Assembly: GCA_041645165.1 (NCBI GenBank)
Contig: JBAZQN010000001.1
Span: 53,971 to 117,970, forward strand
Direction: 5' to 3'
Origin: Patescibacteria group bacterium
GTDB lineage: Bacteria > Patescibacteriota > Patescibacteriia > 2-02-FULL-49-11
DNA length: 64,000 nt
The position numbers and the translations under genes are program-made. Shown piece by piece: positions 58,401 to 64,000 of the stretch (position 1 is its first letter; every line of letters starts with the position of its first letter). A model generated the notes under the pieces. The model ran no database searches. It was not told the origin of the DNA and was given only the letters and a program-made list of their open reading frames with translations.

Positions 58401-59176
58401 CGCCATCAGGATCCAAGGGCGCCATGGGCGAGGGCTTCCAGTTCTCGATTAACGCAACCGGTGATATTACCGCAAAAGGTGCGTCATCTGGCAATAGCGT
58501 AAGCACGATTACTGGCACGCCCACGTTCAATGCCTTTACCCTGTATAAGACTGTGCCAACAGTTGACGTATCGAGCGGAGTGACGAATAAGCTTACTTCA
58601 AACGGCACCTATGAACTCTACAAGTTCACCATTGCCGCGGATCCGAAGGGCGAAGTAGCTCTCTATAAGCTTACGTTCGGCATTTCAACGACCACGGTCA
58701 CCGCATCCAGCTTCGAGCTACGCGACAGCGGGTATACCCAGGGCGCAGTAGGCACCCTCTCCGTAGCGTCGCAGAACCTCGCTGTTCCGGCGTCAGGATA
58801 TCTCGAGTTCCTGTTTGACACGGATTCAAGCGGTATAGGCCAAGGCGGTGAGTATCGATCGATTCCTGCAGGCAGCTCGCGAACCTTTACTTTGAAGGCC
58901 AGCGTAAGCGGCTACAGCTCAAGCGTCTCCAATGGCGTGAACGTTGCGCTCGCAGGCGATGCAACCTTCCCATCAACCGTGGTTGAGTGCGCAGGCACTA
59001 CCGGAGCAAGCGATAATGCGTGCACCGGTGTAGATTCCGACGATCAGGACGACTTCATCTGGTCTGACCTTAACTATGGTAACAACTCCACGACTGCCAC
59101 TAATACGGCACAATGGACCAACGGTTACCGCGTGAAAGGCCTTGATTCAACCTCGTCAACTGCGCAATCAATCTAA
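55487..59176 (+). CDS. large Thr/Ser/Gly-rich secreted surface protein (S-layer/adhesin-like), N-terminal ~55-aa modules shared with ORF 1306-2934
   Basis: Signal peptide/TM FTWGVVGATIVWSLGIFVLPVQVKGA. Modules GDLIKMPGNPAVYLL... and GTRLIKITTDPKVYAVEPNGTLRWV... Over 1000 aa of low-complexity T/S/G/A/V beta-rich sequence. RBS aaggaag before ATG 55487; the ORF-track start at 55469 is GTG. Confidence 0.7.
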   Translation: MSNFIKKSFTWGVVGATIVWSLGIFVLPVQVKGAQDGDLIKMPGNPAVYLLKGGKRFVFPNDKAYFTWYSDFSGVVTVSQSELQSYPIGGNVTYKPGTRLIKITTDPKVYAVEPNGTLRWVTSEAIAVSLYGSNWNKRIDDVPDPFFVNYTTGADVTTATYPVGSIVKEESSATVYYIAESNTKRPFATDAALTANMMKTGNVLTATSLASYTSGTSVTGKEDTLAVFGGTTSTGPAAGGTLSLALSADTPASGVFVKSAARVPFTYINATATGGEAVIDSMVIQRGGIAQDSIFSDITILVDGTQVGLNKSFNSVHQATLYDDITIPSGTTKKIMLTGNTSAMASNSGEMPILGLAAVTLKSGTLSASLPIYGNPMTANNTISIAAVTVARGPLDPGATSTQKIGTKQYAFTSVKLSNDSVEKVQVEELIWDQAGSADDSDISNVNLLVDGVVIASLSNPVDKKAHFKLATPYLIDKGKNKEFTIKADIDSGSNRTVDFDIEKNTDVVVKGLTYGYYVLATGWPSATDPRLSGYAVTIDTGSLKIEPVATASNKITDGSTGQILGMFNFEAKGEDVSITSLGIKVTVSSSAANVSDVTNITLYDEAGLAVAGPVDPTGTTADITATSTDTITVPVGIHKYTVKGDLSTDFVSADTVLVKIKPSDITSKGVTTGKTVTPTPATYQTSTTQTVQAGSLVANISTTPVAQTVVAGTNGHTFTNYVLDAQGSGEDIRVTQIKAAMHTTGSSYPALISGLKLYDGSLELVTSNDPDPTNTTAAASATSTFTFVNALVVPKGTSKTLSLKGNISKSVTSGTVKLGLQNDATNAIAATGKDTGATITPTYSYSDGQAMTLTDAGTLTLSADASTPIAGHVPGSSTGLPVGVFSMQSRHEDINVEKIWFRLSAVNSGGPDQVDKIWLTDGTKTVGVTPTSSDSSAPVQVLFDVSLDPFVVAANTTKLYTLKVDTAQVDTPSGSKGAMGEGFQFSINATGDITAKGASSGNSVSTITGTPTFNAFTLYKTVPTVDVSSGVTNKLTSNGTYELYKFTIAADPKGEVALYKLTFGISTTTVTASSFELRDSGYTQGAVGTLSVASQNLAVPASGYLEFLFDTDSSGIGQGGEYRSIPAGSSRTFTLKASVSGYSSSVSNGVNVALAGDATFPSTVVECAGTTGASDNACTGVDSDDQDDFIWSDLNYGNNSTTATNTAQWTNGYRVKGLDSTSSTAQSI

Positions 59177-59237
59177 ACTGATCATTTAGATGAGATTAAG
59201 ATGCATTGACAGCGATTGAATCGCCAGAGTGGCATTC

Positions 59238-59276
59238 CGCCCCCCGCAATTGCGGGGGGCGGATGCTTGTTTCTGG
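59238..59276 (+). terminator. Rho-independent terminator
   Basis: A 12-bp GC stem ccgccccccgca/tgcggggggcgg followed by cttgttt. Confidence 0.6.
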
Positions 59277-59324
59277 ATGATGGATTTGCTAAGCTGTTGT
59301 TATGATAATTTAAGGATTTGAAAT

Positions 59325-60056
59325 ATGATATACCAATTAAAACAGAACAGAATTTTACTTCTGTTAGCGGCAATAATAATCGTAATCGGCGGAGGAATAT
59401 ATTACCAACAATATCGTCAACGACCGCCAGTTTATTCCGGCAACGGATTACCGGCGGAACTTCAGCCCTATGCTCATTTATTCGAGTTTGAGAATCTTGA
59501 CCCCAATCTTCCGGATTCGGCGCGTGAGAAATTTTTTAAGCGTTTCACCAATGATACCAATGCGCTTCGCGCAAACCCCGACAATTTTAATGCATGGCTG
59601 GATATTGGGCTCGTGCATAAGAATTTAAACGCGTTTGAGAAAGCGCGCGATGCGTGGGAGCATCTGGGCGAGATCCGTCCCCTTAACTCCATCTCATTTT
59701 CAAATATTGGGGATCTCTATGCGTGGTTTCTCCATGAACCAGCCAAGGGCGAAGCGGCATACCTGCAGGCTCTAAAAAATGAGCCGACCGATATAAATTT
59801 CTACAGAAATCTTGCCGAGATATACGATAAGCTCATGCCCGAAAGGAAAGGCCAAATTGACCCGCTTCTGGAAGAGGGGATAAAGGCAGCAAGAACAAAT
59901 ACGGAGAAAGCAGAGCTCACCGCGCTTATGGCAAGTTACGAACGTGATCGTGGAGAAAAGGATGAAGCGCTAAAACATTATCGCGAGGTACTCGCGCTCG
60001 ATCCAAAGTATCCTAAAAAAGAGTTGATTCAGGCAGAGATAGATAAATTATACTAA
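59325..60056 (+). CDS. membrane-anchored tetratricopeptide-repeat protein
   Basis: N-terminal TM (ILLLLAAIIIVIGGGIYY) then TPR-like helices (AWLDIGLVHKNLNAFEKARDAWE...). Confidence 0.6.
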   Translation: MIYQLKQNRILLLLAAIIIVIGGGIYYQQYRQRPPVYSGNGLPAELQPYAHLFEFENLDPNLPDSAREKFFKRFTNDTNALRANPDNFNAWLDIGLVHKNLNAFEKARDAWEHLGEIRPLNSISFSNIGDLYAWFLHEPAKGEAAYLQALKNEPTDINFYRNLAEIYDKLMPERKGQIDPLLEEGIKAARTNTEKAELTALMASYERDRGEKDEALKHYREVLALDPKYPKKELIQAEIDKLY

Positions 60057-60068
60057 TTTGCCAACCCA

Positions 60069-60277
60069 ATTCCGATTGTCATTCCAGACCGAGATCTGGA
60101 ATCCAGGAATAAAAAACAAACAAACAATCGATTTTCGTTTGGTGTTCCCCGATCTCGGTCGAGGACGGCGTCTGGATTCCCGCCGGAGCCCCGCCTGCGC
60201 GAGGCCATGGTTTACCCCGTACAGTGATACGGGGCGGGAATGACGATAGAATCGGAATTTGAATAGCAATTGAGTAT
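60069..60277 (+). repeat. structured repeat family B copy 3
   Basis: attccgattgtcattccagaccgagatctggaatccaggaataaaaaacaaa...atcgattttc...gcgggaatgacg...aatcggaatttgaatagcaattgagtat. The second hairpin is expanded. Confidence 0.7.
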
Positions 60278-60296
60278 AACATCCACAAAACCTTAA

Positions 60297-61433
60297 TCAA
60301 TTGAGATACACGCGTTCGGTCGCCGCGATCATCGTTTGAAGTGTGGGGATCGGCTTGGGTGGTGATTCTCGAACAGTGGAAGTTGCGGAGAGCACCGAGA
60401 GAATCACTTCGGTAAGCGCAAAGGAGTCCTTCGGATCAATGAGGCGATACATAGCATTTTCCTCCATAACTTCAGGAATTCCTCCCACGCGTGTTGCGAC
60501 GATAGGAATGTGCGCGGCAAGCGCTTCGAGGATGGTATAGGGAAGGCCTTCTTTGAGCGAGGGAAGTGCGAAACAATCAAACGCTTTTAGGTACACGGCA
60601 GCATCAGGAATATGCCCCAGCAGGTGGCAATTTTTTTGTAAATGATTTGCGGCAATAAATTGCTCAAGTTTATTTCTTTCCGGTCCTTCGCCAATGATGA
60701 GGAAATGGAATTCTGGATTTTTTTGGATAATAGTTTTTGCCGACTCAAGCAGCGTATCCAATCCCTTGGTCGCATATAATCCTGCAATGGTGCCGATCCA
60801 TGTTGCAGCAGCATTGAGGGGAGGAAATTTTTTAGAAAGATGCAATCGTGCCTCGTCGCGTGTAAGAAATGAAATTTCCTTAATCCCTATGGGTATGGTC
60901 ACTATATTTTGCGGCTTGGCAATATGTGCGCGGATTGCCGCACGGTGATCGTCTTCTGAAACGCAAATCGTGACATCGCGCAGTTTTCCCGCAAACCACT
61001 CCGCTAGCCAGTAGATAAGCTTAATGATAGGCGCGAGAGGCTCTTTGAGCACCAAGCCATGCACAGTATAGATTATCTTCGGCACGCGAGCGAAGCGCGC
61101 GGCTAATGCGCCTAGAAATCCTGACTTCGATGAATTGAGATGGACAATTTGCGGCCGGATACTGCGGCAAAGTTGATAGATTTCTGCGATAGCGGCGACG
61201 TCATTCAGCGGCGAGAGGGGACGTTTTAGTCTTGAGAGATACACTGCGTGCACGCCGGTATCTTGTAAACGGGCAAAAAGCTCTCCCTCTGGGTCTTCTC
61301 CTGCCGCGACCGTGACATCCCATCCGCGGGATGCGAAATGCGATGCCAAGTCGAAGACATACCTCTGCGCCCCTCCCCATACCGACTGGGTGACGAGGAA
61401 GAGAATTTTTTTCATGCGGGCTGGTATTTCCAT
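60297..61433 (-). CDS. glycosyltransferase family 4
   Basis: SLKEGLPYTILEALAAHIPIVATRVGGIPEVMEE. Confidence 0.8.
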   Translation of the reverse strand: MEIPARMKKILFLVTQSVWGGAQRYVFDLASHFASRGWDVTVAAGEDPEGELFARLQDTGVHAVYLSRLKRPLSPLNDVAAIAEIYQLCRSIRPQIVHLNSSKSGFLGALAARFARVPKIIYTVHGLVLKEPLAPIIKLIYWLAEWFAGKLRDVTICVSEDDHRAAIRAHIAKPQNIVTIPIGIKEISFLTRDEARLHLSKKFPPLNAAATWIGTIAGLYATKGLDTLLESAKTIIQKNPEFHFLIIGEGPERNKLEQFIAANHLQKNCHLLGHIPDAAVYLKAFDCFALPSLKEGLPYTILEALAAHIPIVATRVGGIPEVMEENAMYRLIDPKDSFALTEVILSVLSATSTVRESPPKPIPTLQTMIAATERVYLN

Positions 61434-61489
61434 ATATATTCATGATAGAATGGAACAAGCGGAAGGTCAAAGAAATTACTTATTAATTT

Positions 61490-62452
61490 ATGAATATACT
61501 TATAACCGGTGGCGCTGGTTTTATCGGTGCATGGTTGGCAAAAGCATTACACGAACGAGGAGATGTAGTTACGGTGATTGATGATTTTTCTTCAATTAAC
61601 TATCGTGCTCAAATTAAGGAGGCACGTGTTGAAGCCCTCCTTAGCGGCGTTAACGTTGTACGTGGCAGTATTCTTGATGTTTCTTTGATGGTCAGGTTGC
61701 TTAAAGATAAACCGTATGATTGCATCGTACATTTCGCAGCAGCACCCGGCGTGCGCTATTCAAGTAGAGAGCCATTAACTTACGCGCGGGTAAATGTTGA
61801 AGGAACTACTGCAGTATTTGAGTCAGCGAAACAAGCAGGAGTGAATTGGGTAGTGTATGCGTCTTCTTCTTCAGTGTATAGCATGGTTCAGGACATTCCG
61901 TTCAATGAGAATCATTCAATAGAAAAAGTTACATCGATTTATGCTGCAACCAAGCGTGCAACGGAATTGATTGCAGGGACCTATTGGCTTACTGCGAGAA
62001 TTAAATCTACCGGAGTACGTTTTTTTAATGTGTACGGCCCATGGGGACGTCCGGATACCCTTCCTTATATTGTTTCTAATGCTATTTTTAATCACGCTCC
62101 TATTGAACTGAAATGGGAAGGTAATATCGCGCGTGACTTTACATCGGTGCACGATATTGTTCGCGGAGTCATTTCAGTGATTGGTCATCCCGAAGCAGAG
62201 TGTGAACTTGTCAATTTTGGTAACTCTCATCCAATCCTTCTCAAGGAGCTGGTTAGTAGGCTTGAAGCAATCATCGGTATTGATGCAATTGTTAAGAGCG
62301 AACATGCGATTCCACGAGAGGATCCCATCAATACTTATGCCGATATTAAACTTGCAAAACTAAAGTATGGATGGGAGCCATGTGTCTCATTGGATGAAGG
62401 GTTAAAAGAATTGGCGGAATGGCATAAAAAATATTACAGAGCTGATTATTAA
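61490..62452 (+). CDS. NAD-dependent epimerase/dehydratase (UDP-sugar 4-epimerase-like)
   Basis: ILITGGAGFIGAWL, SSSSVYS and YAATKRATE (the YxxxK motif). Confidence 0.75.
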   Translation: MNILITGGAGFIGAWLAKALHERGDVVTVIDDFSSINYRAQIKEARVEALLSGVNVVRGSILDVSLMVRLLKDKPYDCIVHFAAAPGVRYSSREPLTYARVNVEGTTAVFESAKQAGVNWVVYASSSSVYSMVQDIPFNENHSIEKVTSIYAATKRATELIAGTYWLTARIKSTGVRFFNVYGPWGRPDTLPYIVSNAIFNHAPIELKWEGNIARDFTSVHDIVRGVISVIGHPEAECELVNFGNSHPILLKELVSRLEAIIGIDAIVKSEHAIPREDPINTYADIKLAKLKYGWEPCVSLDEGLKELAEWHKKYYRADY

Positions 62453-62466
62453 TATTTCCATATATT

Positions 62467-63264
62467 ATGAAATTTAAGTTAGGCATTATAGGAGTCGGAA
62501 TGGTCGGCGGCGCGGTGTACGCGTACTATCCCGATGCTATTCCTTACAGCCCGCGGAAATATCCGCAGAATAAGGAAAAAATTAATGATGCAGATATCGT
62601 ATTCGTGTGCGTTCCCACGCCATTTATGAAAGATGGCGTAGGGTTTGATCTGTCTTATGTGCATGACGCAATTTCACTATTGAAGGAAGGGAAGACAGTG
62701 GTCATAAAATCAACCGTCATCCCGGGCACTACGGATGCCTTGCAGGCGCAATATCCCCAGCATAAATTCCTTTTCAATCCTGAATTCCTGCGCGAGGCAT
62801 CAGCTAATGAGGATTTCAAAAATCCGGACAGGCAGATTATCGGCACTACTGCGCAGAGTGAAGCCGCAGCCCGTGAATTAATGGGAATCCTCCCTCCCGC
62901 GTCGTTTAGCAAAATTGTTCCGGCAAAAGAGGCAGAGATGGTGAAATATTTCGGGAATACCTTCTTAGCTACGCGCGTTATCTTCGCAAACCAGATGTTT
63001 GACTTGTGTAAAAAGCTTGGAATCGATTATGAATTAGTGAAAGAAGCGGCATCAGCCGATCCCCGGATCGGGCCTTCTCATTTTAATATAGATCAGGATG
63101 GCTATCGCGGGTATGGCAAAAAATGCCTGCCCAAAGACACACGCGCGCTCCTGCAGCTCGCTGTACAGACGGGGGTGAATTTGGAACTATTAAAGACGCT
63201 TGAGGAGATTAACCACGAGCTCACCGGCGGCGTGGACAAAGAAGCAGACCCTTACGGTTTGTGA
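62467..63264 (+). CDS. ugd: UDP-glucose/GDP-mannose dehydrogenase family protein, unusually short (265 aa)
   Basis: N-terminal Rossmann LGIIGVGMVGGAV, FVCVPTP, NPEFLREASA, and the catalytic Cys context GYGKKCLPKD. It ends about 130 aa short of typical family members. Confidence 0.55.
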   Translation: MKFKLGIIGVGMVGGAVYAYYPDAIPYSPRKYPQNKEKINDADIVFVCVPTPFMKDGVGFDLSYVHDAISLLKEGKTVVIKSTVIPGTTDALQAQYPQHKFLFNPEFLREASANEDFKNPDRQIIGTTAQSEAAARELMGILPPASFSKIVPAKEAEMVKYFGNTFLATRVIFANQMFDLCKKLGIDYELVKEAASADPRIGPSHFNIDQDGYRGYGKKCLPKDTRALLQLAVQTGVNLELLKTLEEINHELTGGVDKEADPYGL

Positions 63265-63269
63265 GAATC

Positions 63270-63400
63270 ACAAACCGTAAATCCAAATTTCAAAGTTCAA
63301 ATGTCAAATGAACGACCAATGCCAAAATTCCAATATTTCAATGTTTGGAATTTAGAATTTGAGATTTTATTAGAAATTTGAAATTGGGGCTTTAGATTTA
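63270..63400. repeat. family C AT-rich palindromic repeat (copy 5)
   Basis: aaatccaaatttcaaagttcaaatgtcaaatg...caatgtttggaatttagaatttgagatttt...gaaatttgaaattgg. Confidence 0.55.
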
Positions 63401-63408
63401 TTAAAATT

Positions 63409-64000
63409 ATGCGTATTCTTGTTACAGGCGGTGCCGGTTTTATCGGCGCTCATCTCTGCAAAGATCTACTTACAAAAGGTCACGAAGTTGTGTGTCTTGA
63501 TAATTTTGTGACCGGAAAAAAAGAGAATCTTGGGGATCTTCTGAAGCAGAACAATTTTTCTCTCATTATACATGATGTATGCGAACCCTTGCCTCCTGTA
63601 CTTGGTAAAGTAGATCTTGTGTACCATCTCGCGGCCATTGCCTCTCCGTGGAAATACCTTGAACAGAAATTATTTACTTTGAAAACAAATATTTGGGGCA
63701 CTTATCATGCGCTTGAGTATTGCCGCGCGAACGGAAGCGCTCTTATTTTTTCTTCCACCTCGGAAGTCTACGGCGATCCTGAAGAGCATCCTCAAAAAGA
63801 GGAATATTGGGGACACGTGAATCCCATTGGCCCGCGCGCCTGTTACGACGAAGGAAAGCGCGCGGCTGAATCGATGATTACTAATTACCAGGAAACGTAT
63901 GGAATGCAGTGCGCGATAGCCCGGATATTCAACACCTTCGGACCCCAGATGGCGCTTGATGACGGCAGGCCGGTCATTAATTTTATCTCAAAAGCATTGA
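63409..64000 (+). CDS. uxs: UDP-glucuronate decarboxylase (UDP-xylose synthase), 5'-partial, runs off window
   Basis: ATG 63409 then MRILVTGGAGFIGAHLC...VNPIGPRACYDEGKRAAE, the classic UXS signature. No stop before position 64000. Confidence 0.8.
   Translation, partial: MRILVTGGAGFIGAHLCKDLLTKGHEVVCLDNFVTGKKENLGDLLKQNNFSLIIHDVCEPLPPVLGKVDLVYHLAAIASPWKYLEQKLFTLKTNIWGTYHALEYCRANGSALIFSSTSEVYGDPEEHPQKEEYWGHVNPIGPRACYDEGKRAAESMITNYQETYGMQCAIARIFNTFGPQMALDDGRPVINFISKAL

Noticed and set aside
1-64000. CRISPR array
   Set aside because: The repeats present are dispersed palindromic or MITE-like elements and one 27-bp tandem repeat without spacers. There are no regularly spaced direct repeats with unique spacers.

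Overview
This 64-kb window comes from a bacterium of moderate GC. Housekeeping markers are tRNA-Pro(CGG), DusB, RarA, a ZnuA-like binding protein and two MsbA-type ABC exporters. It carries many structured intergenic repeats, and small PaaX-like regulators hint at an uncultivated, possibly Patescibacteria-like lineage. That placement is inference only.

The first ~25 kb is mixed: a secreted HExxH protein, GH1 and GH-A-clan glycosidases, DMT transporters, a cupin, a PEBP/YbhB protein, two unannotatable neighbouring genes behind a textbook sigma70 promoter, GNAT, HAD and a catalytically dead HtrA-like PDZ protein. A ~1.5-kb segment (17548-19046) is bracketed by ~85-bp inverted repeats and carries two orphan ORFs.

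From ~25.8 kb to the window end is a large cell-surface glycan island with four nucleotide-sugar routes:
- CMP-nonulosonate: NeuB-like synthase, a fused NeuC-NeuA protein, a DegT aminotransferase, a Maf/DUF115-like transferase, and a WbuX-like amidotransferase with HisH/HisF paralogues for an acetamidino group.
- GDP-heptose: GmhA, HddA-like kinase, GmhB and a nucleotidyltransferase.
- GDP-6-deoxyhexose: Gmd and Fcl.
- UDP-GlcA/UDP-Xyl: a short Ugd and Uxs.
- Accessory genes: GT4/GT-A glycosyltransferases, methyltransferases, a TPP-dependent E1 alpha/beta pair, an MsbA/PglK-like ABC exporter, and next to it a 658-aa GT-C-like polytopic membrane protein.

Embedded in the island is an ECF sigma / anti-sigma pair upstream of a 1235-aa Thr/Ser-rich secreted surface protein. 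Its N-terminal modules recur in the 545-aa HExxH protein at the start of the window. I read the whole as a candidate surface (S-layer-like) protein glycosylation system with a possible flippase plus oligosaccharyltransferase pair; this is the most interesting hypothesis in the window.

Five repeat families mostly lie between genes: A (TIR aatcctaaa), B (two-hairpin element), R (REP-like GTAGCG...CGCTAC), C (AT-rich TTTCAA/TTGAAA palindromes) and a 32-bp palindrome flanking the PaaX-like gene. Some supply a stop codon or C-terminal extension to genes. No CRISPR array, rRNA, integrase or transposase is visible.
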